Assembly (NCBI GenBank): GCA_041690395.1
Contig: JAWLHJ010000002.1
Coordinates: 260,707-324,706, forward strand
Length of the DNA: 64,000 bases
Reading direction: 5' to 3'
Origin: Longimicrobiales bacterium
GTDB lineage: Bacteria > Gemmatimonadota > Gemmatimonadetes > Longimicrobiales > Gaopeijiaceae
Shown here piece by piece: positions 9,411 through 17,393 of this stretch. The notes beneath the pieces were generated by a model. The model did no database searches. It was given only the letters and a program-made list of their open reading frames with translations, and had not been told where the DNA came from. The position numbers and the translations under genes are program-made. How positions within the stretch are numbered: the first letter of the stretch is position 1; every line of letters starts with the position of its first letter.

Positions 9411-10394
9411 GCCGGCCATCCGGGACCGGACCGCGGGTGAGACGTTACCCCCACAGAGCACGATGGCCACGTGCCCTCCGCGAACATGCGCGTGGCTCTT
9501 CAGGAAGCCCGCCAGGGCCACGCCGGCGGCTCCCTCCACCACCCACCCCTCCCGTGCCTCGAGGAGCCGCATCGCGGCCAGGATCTCGTCCTCGCTCACC
9601 AGCACGGACCGGTCGATCACGCGGCGTGCGAGATCGAAGGTGATCGCCCCCTCCTCGACGCCGCCGGCGGTGCTCTCCGACAGCGTCGGCTTCTCGGCAA
9701 CGTCGACGATCCGGCCCGCCTCGAGACACGCATGCAGCGCCGGGGCGTTCTCCGGCCAGCATCCCACGACGTCCACATGCGGAGCCCGAGCCTTCAGGTA
9801 CGCCCCGATGCCACCGATCAGGCCGCCACCGCCCACCGCCACGAAGACTGCGTCCAGCCGCTCGAGGTCTTCGAGGAGCTCGAGCGCGATGGTGCCCTGC
9901 CCCGCCACCACGTAGGGGTCGTTGTAGGGCGATACGTACACCTTGCCCGCCGCGCTCGCCTCGGCGCGCGCGGCCAGCTCGGCATCGAGCACCGACCCCT
10001 CGACGGTCCGGATCGTCGCACCCAGCGCCCTCATGCGCTCGAGACGGTCTTCCGCCACCAACGGGGAGACGAACACCTCGACGGGGACACCCGCCTCGCG
10101 TCCGGCGTGGGCCACGCCGAGGCCGTGGTTGCCCATGGACGACGTGGTCACGCCCGCGCGGGCCTCGTCGAAGGTCAGGCTCGCGATCCGGTTCGCGGCG
10201 CCGCGGAGCTTGAACGAGCCCGTGCGCTGGCGATGCTCCAGCTTGAGCCACACTTTTCCGTGGAAGTCCGGCGCGACACGCGTCGATTCCTGGACCTCGG
10301 TGCGGACGATGATGTCCCGGATGCGCTCGCTCGCCTCTTCGACTCGCTCGCCCCACGCCGCCAGCACGTCGCTGTCCTGATTCTTTGTCGTCAT
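9408..10394 (-). CDS. PLP-dependent threonine/serine dehydratase family protein
   Basis: KLE...TGSFKLRGA (PLP Lys), SSMGNHG, GQGTIALE, VGGGGLIGG, CGGN; no regulatory domain. Confidence 0.92.
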   Translation of the reverse strand: MTTKNQDSDVLAAWGERVEEASERIRDIIVRTEVQESTRVAPDFHGKVWLKLEHRQRTGSFKLRGAANRIASLTFDEARAGVTTSSMGNHGLGVAHAGREAGVPVEVFVSPLVAEDRLERMRALGATIRTVEGSVLDAELAARAEASAAGKVYVSPYNDPYVVAGQGTIALELLEDLERLDAVFVAVGGGGLIGGIGAYLKARAPHVDVVGCWPENAPALHACLEAGRIVDVAEKPTLSESTAGGVEEGAITFDLARRVIDRSVLVSEDEILAAMRLLEAREGWVVEGAAGVALAGFLKSHAHVRGGHVAIVLCGGNVSPAVRSRMAG

Positions 10395-10430
10395 TCGCTC
10401 AAGTTACGCCCTTCAACCGTTCCGGTCGCC

Positions 10431-11546
10431 ATGCCCAGCTTCCATCCGTTCGAGCTCGAGCACTACCAGTCCCTGTACGAGCACACCGTCGACGTGAACC
10501 TCGCCGACAGCTCGGTGAAGTGCACCGACGTCGGCTCCTGGCTGACCGCGGCCGAGCGTGACGCTCTCCTCTCCGTGAGCCTTCTGTACCCTGAAGTCAA
10601 CGGTCTCTCCCGGATGCGGGAGAAGATCGCGGCGCACCACGACGGCACGACGGCGGACGAGGTGCTCGTCACGACGGGAGCCGCCCAGGCCAACCACCTG
10701 GTGGCCTCGACCCTGCTCGAGCCGGGTGACGGCGTGGTCTGGTTCTCGCCCGGGTACCGACAGGTCCCGGGCCTCGCGCTGAACCTGGGGTGCCGGGTGC
10801 ACGACGTGCCACTCGACCCGGATGACGACTGGGCGGTCGACTGGGACCGGTTCGACGCCGCCATGCGGGAGGGCGTGCGCATGGTGGCGGTGGTGAACCC
10901 GAACAACCCGACCGGACGGATTCTCGACCGGTCCGAGATGGAGCGCATCGTGGCGGCCTGCGAGCGCGTAGGGGCCTGGCTGCACGCCGACGAGGTCTAC
11001 CACGGCACCGAGCTGGACGGTACCGAGACCCCATCGTTCCGTGGCATGTACGACAAGGTCGTCGTCACGAACTCGCTCTCGAAAGCGTACGGGCTCGCCG
11101 GCCTCCGGATCGGTTGGGTGGTGGCGTCGCCGGCCGTCATCCAGGATCTCTGGCGCCGGCACGAGTACGAAGTCATCGCGGCGGCCGCGCCGAGCATGTT
11201 CCTCGGTGACCTCGCGCTCTCGCGGGAGAAGCGGGTGACGCTACTGGACCGCCAGCGCAGCATCAGCCGCGTCGGGCACGACACCCTCACCGATTGGCTC
11301 GCCGAGCAGGATGGGCTCTTCAGCGTCGCGCGCCGCCAGGCCACGTCCATCGGTTTCGTGCGCTACCATGTCGACGCCCCGTCCCTCGAGGTCGCCGAGC
11401 GCATCCGCACGGAGGCGTCGGTCCTCACGGCGCCGGGAGTGTTCCTCGGCACCGAGGGGCACCTGAGGATCACCGTCGGCTACGAGCCCGAGAAGATCCG
11501 TCCGGCGCTCGACCGCATCGCGGACGTCGTGCGCGGCATGGGCTGA
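10431..11546 (+). CDS. Aminotransferase class I/II (PLP-dependent)
   Basis: NPNNPTG, DEVY, SLSKAYGLAGLRIGW; start moved to ATG 10431 inside the longer ORF. Confidence 0.92.
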   Translation: MPSFHPFELEHYQSLYEHTVDVNLADSSVKCTDVGSWLTAAERDALLSVSLLYPEVNGLSRMREKIAAHHDGTTADEVLVTTGAAQANHLVASTLLEPGDGVVWFSPGYRQVPGLALNLGCRVHDVPLDPDDDWAVDWDRFDAAMREGVRMVAVVNPNNPTGRILDRSEMERIVAACERVGAWLHADEVYHGTELDGTETPSFRGMYDKVVVTNSLSKAYGLAGLRIGWVVASPAVIQDLWRRHEYEVIAAAAPSMFLGDLALSREKRVTLLDRQRSISRVGHDTLTDWLAEQDGLFSVARRQATSIGFVRYHVDAPSLEVAERIRTEASVLTAPGVFLGTEGHLRITVGYEPEKIRPALDRIADVVRGMG

Positions 11547-11549
11547 GGC

Positions 11550-13025
11550 TCAGTAGAACAGCGTGTGCGCCATGAGGGCGATGATCGGCAGCGTGATCAC
11601 GGTCCGCAGCCCGAAGATCACCACGAGCTCGACGAAGCTCAGCGGAATCTTCGACTTCAGGATGAGCACCCCGATCTCCGACATGTAGATCAGCTGGGTG
11701 AGCGACAGGCACCCGATCACGAAGCGCGTGAGCTCGCTCTCCACGCTCGTGAGAAGCACGGCCGGCAGGAACATGTCGGCGAAGCCCACGAGCGTGGCGG
11801 GCGCGGCGGCGGCCGCCTCCGGGAGCCGGAGAAGCTCCAGCACCGGGACCATCGGGTACGAGATCCACGTGAAGACCGGCGTATGCTCCGCCAGCGCGAG
11901 CGCGACCGTCCCGATCGCCATCACGAGCGGCAGAAGTCCGAAGAAGATGTCCGCGATGCTGAGCAGCACGTCGCGCGACAGCTTCCGGGGGGTCGGCGCG
12001 GTCCGCGCCCGTCCCACCGCGGCCAGGAGGCTCTGCCCGAACACGCTCATGCCCTGCGGCCGATCGGGCTCGTCCAGGCGTCGGCCGACGGGAGGGTAGT
12101 ACTCGTCGGGCTTGCCCGAGAGCGGAGGGATGCGGGGCATGATGATGGCTGCGGTGAGGCCCGCCACGACCACCGTGAAGTACATCTGGACGAACATGTG
12201 ATCGAGCTCGATGAAGCCTGCGATGAGCAGGCTGAACGCGATCGAAGCGACGGAGAAGTTCGTCGCGATGACCGAGGCCTCGCGCTGCGAGTAGTATCCC
12301 CGCTCGTACTGCTGGTAGGTGATCAGAACGCCGAGCGGCGCCGCCCCCATCCAGGACGCGGTCGCGTCGATGGCGCTCCGGCCCGGCAAGCCGAAGATCT
12401 TACGGAAGGGCTTCCGGACGATCGTCCCGATGAACTCCATGAGCCCGAACTCCGTCAGGAACGGGAGCATGGCCAGGGCGAAGAGGAAGAAGGTCAGGAG
12501 GACGGGAATCAGGTCGTTGAGGATCACGCCTCCCGTGGCACCCCCGCTGATGAAGTCCGGACCGAGCCCGAACACGGTCATCAACCCGAAGAGCGCGCCG
12601 ACCACTCGCAGCCCGAACCACAGCGGGCCTACGCGGAAGATCTCCCCCCACCCCTCGGCCCGCATCCATGCCGGGTTGGCGACGCGCGCGAACAGCGACG
12701 CGAGTACGGAGAGGCAGAGCACGGCCACGCCCAGCGGCACCAACGCCTCGCCCAGCAAGGCGGACAACGCGTCGGCCAGGACGCCGATGCCGATGGTCAC
12801 CGACTCTCCCGAGCCCAGCGGGAAGTGGGGAATCGCCGGGCGCGGCACGACCCGCTCGCCTATCCTGAACCATTCCTCGGTCCCGAGGGGGATCAGGAAC
12901 ATCGCCATGCCGAGTAGGGTCGGCAGCACGAACTTCAGCACACTCCCCCCTCCCTGCTCCGGCGAGGAGCCGCCAACGCTTGCGGGCGTGACCGTCGAGG
13001 CGTCGCGCTCCGATCCCTGGCTCAT
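11550..13025 (-). CDS. YjiH-family (Gate domain) membrane transporter, probably for an amino acid
   Basis: Multi-TM; EFGLMEFIG, LPGRSAIDATASW, GYYSQREA...TNFS, GFADMFLP, IYMSEIG; ATG overlaps the PRODH stop. Confidence 0.85.
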   Translation of the reverse strand: MSQGSERDASTVTPASVGGSSPEQGGGSVLKFVLPTLLGMAMFLIPLGTEEWFRIGERVVPRPAIPHFPLGSGESVTIGIGVLADALSALLGEALVPLGVAVLCLSVLASLFARVANPAWMRAEGWGEIFRVGPLWFGLRVVGALFGLMTVFGLGPDFISGGATGGVILNDLIPVLLTFFLFALAMLPFLTEFGLMEFIGTIVRKPFRKIFGLPGRSAIDATASWMGAAPLGVLITYQQYERGYYSQREASVIATNFSVASIAFSLLIAGFIELDHMFVQMYFTVVVAGLTAAIIMPRIPPLSGKPDEYYPPVGRRLDEPDRPQGMSVFGQSLLAAVGRARTAPTPRKLSRDVLLSIADIFFGLLPLVMAIGTVALALAEHTPVFTWISYPMVPVLELLRLPEAAAAAPATLVGFADMFLPAVLLTSVESELTRFVIGCLSLTQLIYMSEIGVLILKSKIPLSFVELVVIFGLRTVITLPIIALMAHTLFY

Positions 13026-13987
13026 CGTGTCTTCCTGTCTGTGCGGTCGCGTCCATGCCACAGGAAGCCGAGCGGCGACTCGCGCAGCACGCTTCCGGTG
13101 AGGAGCAGGATGTTGGCAGGTCGCTCCGCGAGCCTGCGCATGAGGTAGGGGTACCACTGTTCCCCGAAGGGAACGTATACACGCACGTTCCACCCGTCGC
13201 GAATGAGCATCTGCTGCAGATCCCGACGGACTCCGTAGAGCATCTGGAACTCGAAACGCTCGGCCGGGACGCCGCTGCGGGCGACATGGCTCACGGTCGC
13301 CTCGATCAGCTCCTCGTCGTGCGTGGCGATTCCCGGGTAGTTCCCGTGGTCGATGAGCTCGCGCATGAGCTGCACGAAGTTGCGCACGACCTCCGAGCGC
13401 TCCTTGAAGGCGATGGAGGAGGGCTCGTCGTAGGCGCCCTTGCACAGTCGCACGCGCGCTCCGAGCTGGTTCATCCGGGCTACGTCGCCCGCGGTCCGGC
13501 GCAGATACGCCTGAAGCACGACGCCGATGTTCTGCCACCCGTCGGCCCAGAGCTTCTCGAATGCGTCGAGGGTCCGCTGGGTGTATGCCGAAGACTCCAT
13601 GTCGAAGCGCACGAAGACGTCGTCGCGCCGGGACCGCTCCAGGATGGGCGCCAGGTTCTCGGCCAGGAACGACTCGGAGATCGCCTGACCCAGCTGGGTG
13701 AACTTCAAGGAGACATTCGCGTCGAGGCCTTCACCCGCGATCCGGTCCATGACCTCCACGTAAACGTCAGCCGCCTGCCGGGCCGCGGCCTCGGTCTTCA
13801 CCGATTCGCCGAGGTAGTTGCCCGTGGCGGTGAGGCCGTCCGCGTTCGCCTCACGGATGCCCGCCACCAGCGCGTCCACGGTCTCACCCGGCACGAAGCG
13901 CCGAGCCATCCCGCGCAGCGGGGTCTGCGTAACCGCATACCGCGCGACGTCCGAGTCGCTCAGCGCGATCAAAGTGCTTCTCAACAC
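13022..13987 (-). CDS. Monofunctional proline dehydrogenase
   Basis: ARRFVPGE, SLKFTQLG, RFDME, VLQAYLRR, RLCKGAY, ATHD, QMLYG, VYVPFG...YLMRRLAERPAN; GTG start estimated. Confidence 0.93.
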   Translation of the reverse strand: MLRSTLIALSDSDVARYAVTQTPLRGMARRFVPGETVDALVAGIREANADGLTATGNYLGESVKTEAAARQAADVYVEVMDRIAGEGLDANVSLKFTQLGQAISESFLAENLAPILERSRRDDVFVRFDMESSAYTQRTLDAFEKLWADGWQNIGVVLQAYLRRTAGDVARMNQLGARVRLCKGAYDEPSSIAFKERSEVVRNFVQLMRELIDHGNYPGIATHDEELIEATVSHVARSGVPAERFEFQMLYGVRRDLQQMLIRDGWNVRVYVPFGEQWYPYLMRRLAERPANILLLTGSVLRESPLGFLWHGRDRTDRKTR

Positions 13988-14030
13988 GTCGGCTCTCTGC
14001 TCGTCACGGGATGGAGGATGATGGCTGGAC

Positions 14031-14068
14031 CGCAAAACAGGGCTCGGGCTTTCCAGCCCGAGCCCTGT
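14031..14068 (-). terminator. Intrinsic terminator after the ankyrin gene
   Basis: 14-bp perfect stem ACAGGGCTCGGGCT/AGCCCGAGCCCTGT, followed by TTTT on the minus strand. Confidence 0.75.
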
Positions 14069-14098
14069 CAGACGCGCATGGCCCGACCGTAAGTATCG

Positions 14099-15985
14099 TT
14101 AGCAGGACACGCAGTTGTCGTTGTTCTTGGCGCCGAGGCTCTCGAGCAGCTCGATGGTGCTCGGGTACGGCTGCACCCGCTGGATCGGACCGTTCGCCAT
14201 GTCGGCGGTCGTCTGCCCGGAGCGGCTGATCACGGTCACGTCGGCACCCTTTTCGACGAGGTAACGGATCATCTCGTCGTCGCCTCGGGACGCCGCGTGA
14301 TGAACGGCGGTGTAGCCGTTCGCATCGCGCTGATTGACGTCGGCCCCCGCCTCCTCGACGAGGAACCTGACGGCGGCAAGCCATCCGTTCGGCACGTACC
14401 GGTGGGCGTTGCCGGCGAACGACTGGCCGTAGCCCACCCCGGACGCAGCGTGGATCGGGTAGATGGCCGGCCCGTTCGTGGGCACCGGCGGAAGTCCGGA
14501 CGGGTCGAGCTCGGGCTCGGACTCCTCACGCTCCTCCTCGTTCTCCATCGGGTCGTCGGGGGCCCGCCGACGCCGCTCCGGCGCCTTCATCGTGGCGATG
14601 TCCGGGTCCGCGCCGTGCTCCATCAGCAGCCGCATCGCCTCGACGTCGAGCGCGTACGCAGCCCGCCAGAAGGGCGTGGCCCCCTTCACGTAGATACCGC
14701 TTCCCCCGAGCACGCTGAAGGTGAACTCCATGTACCAGAGGTGTCGGTTGAGCCGTGCGTTGGGGTCCGCCCCGGCCTCGAGCAGCGCCCGCATCATGTC
14801 GAGGTGGGTCGTCTCCTGCTGGCGGTGCTCCACCGGATGCGCGTAGGAAGCCCTGGGCTCCCACTCGCGCTCCAGCACCGTGTAGAGCGGTGTCGCACCA
14901 GCCACGCTGGCCTGATTCGGGTCGGCCCCGTGCTCGATCAGCACCTTCGCGAGGTCCCACTGACCGTTGATCGTCGCCATCAGGAGTGGTGACGTGAGGT
15001 CGCCGCTCGTCTGGTTGATGTCCGCGCCCCCATCGAGGAGCGCCAAGGAGGCCTCCAGGTGACCCTGTCGGACGGCGTGCAGGAGCGGAGTCAGCCCACC
15101 CCATCGGTCGACCTGCTCGGCGTACGACAGCGTCCTCTCCTCGGGATCCCCGCTCTCCTCCTCGGCGTCCGCGTCGACCGGCTCCTCCGACGCCTCCTCC
15201 TCGGTCGGCTCGCCCTCTTCGGACTCGGCGTCCTCGGCCTCGATGTTGGGCCACTTGCGCTGCACTTCCCGCGACAGCTCGACGGCGGCCTGGACCTGGG
15301 CCGGAGTCGGCGTCCAGTCACCACCGCCGCCTTCCTGCTCGCGGAACTCGTCGAGCGCCTCGGTCAGTCGCTGTCCCGCCGCGCGGTCCGCGGCCTCCCA
15401 CTCCTTTACGTCCACCGAGCGGGCCGACTTGTTCGGGTCGGCGCCGGCGGCCAGGAGGACACGGATGACCTCGGTGCGGTTGCTGGACGCGGCGAAGATG
15501 AGCGGCGTCTGACCCCAGGCACCTTCCGTGAGATCGGGATCCGCACCCTGCGCGAGCATGGCCGACACGATCTCCGGATCACCCGACGCGGCGGCCAGAT
15601 GGAACGGCGTGACCCCGCCGTTCGTGGTCCGGGCCACCGGGTTGGCCCCCGCGCCGAGCAGCACCTCGACGACGCCACGGCGCGCCTGGCGGGCCGCGAT
15701 GTGCAACGGAGTGTAGCGTCCGATACGCGTCCCCGCCTCGGGGTTCGCACCGGCATAGACCAGCACGCTCGCGAGCTCCGCGTCACCGCGATCGGCGGCC
15801 CAGTGCAGCGCGGTCATGCCGTCGCCCTGTGCCGCATTCACGTCCGCGCCGCCCCTCACGAGCGCCCGGACCGCCTCGACGTCACCGCGCTGGGCGGCGT
15901 CCGCGATCGGCGCTTCCGGAGGCCCGGCCGCGGTCACGAACGCGGCGAGAACCATCGTGGCCAGCAGCTTCGTCGTGCGTCTCAA
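14099..15985 (-). CDS. Exported ankyrin repeat protein with C-terminal CxxC
   Basis: Repeated ankyrin motifs (GMTALHWAA, YTPLHIAA, GQTPLIFAA, GADPN); signal-peptide-like N-terminus; ends NCVSC; TTG start overlaps the upstream stop. Confidence 0.9.
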   Translation of the reverse strand: MRRTTKLLATMVLAAFVTAAGPPEAPIADAAQRGDVEAVRALVRGGADVNAAQGDGMTALHWAADRGDAELASVLVYAGANPEAGTRIGRYTPLHIAARQARRGVVEVLLGAGANPVARTTNGGVTPFHLAAASGDPEIVSAMLAQGADPDLTEGAWGQTPLIFAASSNRTEVIRVLLAAGADPNKSARSVDVKEWEAADRAAGQRLTEALDEFREQEGGGGDWTPTPAQVQAAVELSREVQRKWPNIEAEDAESEEGEPTEEEASEEPVDADAEEESGDPEERTLSYAEQVDRWGGLTPLLHAVRQGHLEASLALLDGGADINQTSGDLTSPLLMATINGQWDLAKVLIEHGADPNQASVAGATPLYTVLEREWEPRASYAHPVEHRQQETTHLDMMRALLEAGADPNARLNRHLWYMEFTFSVLGGSGIYVKGATPFWRAAYALDVEAMRLLMEHGADPDIATMKAPERRRRAPDDPMENEEEREESEPELDPSGLPPVPTNGPAIYPIHAASGVGYGQSFAGNAHRYVPNGWLAAVRFLVEEAGADVNQRDANGYTAVHHAASRGDDEMIRYLVEKGADVTVISRSGQTTADMANGPIQRVQPYPSTIELLESLGAKNNDNCVSC

Positions 15986-17358
15986 AGCAGGAACTCCCCC
16001 GTGCTGTCTCCGAAGCTCGTGAGATCCGAATGCCCGAGCTTCTGCATCAGGCTCACGAATACGTTGGACATCGGCGTGCCGTCCGGAGCCTTGTAGTGCA
16101 TACCACCCTGGAAGGCCCCGTTGCCGCGACCCAGGAAGACGAGCGGACAACGGCGGTGGTTGTGCAGGTTGGCGTCGCCCATCGGCGAGCCCCACATGAC
16201 GACCGTCTGGTCGAGCAGGCTCGAGTCGCCGTCCATGGTGTTCTGGAGGCGCTCCATGAAATGCGCCAGCATGCTCACCCGGTACTGGGAGATCTTGTTG
16301 AACTCCATGATCCGGTCCTCCCGGTCGCCGTGGTGCGACGCCGGGTGGAAGCCGCTGTCGGACCCGCTCTCGGGGAAGGTCCGATTGGACGCGTCCCGGC
16401 CGGTCTTGAACGACACGACACGCGTGGTGTCGGACTCGAACGCCAGCACCTGCAGGTCGAACATGAGCTTCATGTGCTCGCTGAACGAGTCCGGTACGCC
16501 CGCGGGGGCCTCGGGCAGCTCACGCTCCTCGCCGCTCGTGTTCTGCGCCTCGACGAGCTGGATGCGGCGCTCGATCTCCCGCACGCTGTCGAGGTACCGG
16601 TCGACCCGCTGCCGGTCGCTCGCCCCCAGGTCCCGCTTCACGTGGGCCACTTCGCCCTGGACCCAGTCCAGGATGCTCCGGTGCGAGCGCCGACGGGCGA
16701 TACGCTCGGCCTCGCTGCCGCCCGCGCCGAAGAGCATGTCGAAGACCGTCCGCGGATTCCGCACCTGCGGCAGCGGCGTGTCCGGGGACGCCCAGCTGAT
16801 GGAGTCCGTGTACGAGCACGAGTAGTTGTAGTCGCACCCGCCACCCTTGTCCGTGGGCTCGATGCAGAGCTGGAGCGACGGAAGGACCGTCTCCTGCCCG
16901 AATCGCTGCGCGTGGATCTGGTCCAGCGACACGCCGACGTGGAGGTCCGACCCCTGCGTTTGCTTCGGATGTGACTGCGTCAGGAAGACGGCGCTCGACC
17001 TGAAGTGGTCGCCACCGATCTCCTCGGGAGAGAACGCCTCGGCCATACGGACGTCGGTGTTGCTCACGATGGTCAGGTAGTCCTGGTACTCCGCGAGCGG
17101 GGCCAGGACGTTGTCCGGCTTCAGCTCGTAGTTCCGGCCCACCTGCTCCGGCGCGAACAGGTGCTGGCTCGCGCCCCACTTGTTGCAGCCAGGCACACCG
17201 TGCACCTCCTCGATGGCGACGAAGCGCGTCGGCTGCGTCTCCACACCGTTCCGACGTCCGGCCGGCACCATGGCGTCCAGCATCGGGAGGCCGACCATGG
17301 CCCCCATCCCCTGGATGAACGAGCGGCGCGGGATGTGCTTGCCAGTGATGAAATGCAT
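15982..17358 (-). CDS. DUF1552 domain-containing protein with Tat-like N-terminus
   Basis: MHFITGKHIPRRSFIQGMGAMVGLPMLDAM, SLDQIHAQRFG, YSCSYTDSISW, YLDSVREIERRI, FHPASHHG, GDANLHNH. Confidence 0.9.
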   Translation of the reverse strand: MHFITGKHIPRRSFIQGMGAMVGLPMLDAMVPAGRRNGVETQPTRFVAIEEVHGVPGCNKWGASQHLFAPEQVGRNYELKPDNVLAPLAEYQDYLTIVSNTDVRMAEAFSPEEIGGDHFRSSAVFLTQSHPKQTQGSDLHVGVSLDQIHAQRFGQETVLPSLQLCIEPTDKGGGCDYNYSCSYTDSISWASPDTPLPQVRNPRTVFDMLFGAGGSEAERIARRRSHRSILDWVQGEVAHVKRDLGASDRQRVDRYLDSVREIERRIQLVEAQNTSGEERELPEAPAGVPDSFSEHMKLMFDLQVLAFESDTTRVVSFKTGRDASNRTFPESGSDSGFHPASHHGDREDRIMEFNKISQYRVSMLAHFMERLQNTMDGDSSLLDQTVVMWGSPMGDANLHNHRRCPLVFLGRGNGAFQGGMHYKAPDGTPMSNVFVSLMQKLGHSDLTSFGDSTGEFLL

Positions 17359-17393
17359 CGTCGTGAATCTCCTGGCCCGTGGGGCCTGATCAA

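Noticed and set aside
9471..16195. Apparent long N-terminal extensions or fusions in ORFs 9471-11546, 11550-13538 and 14099-16195 (likewise 20061-23441)
   Set aside because: The extensions overlap neighbouring real genes; internal starts give normal family lengths and stop/start coupling
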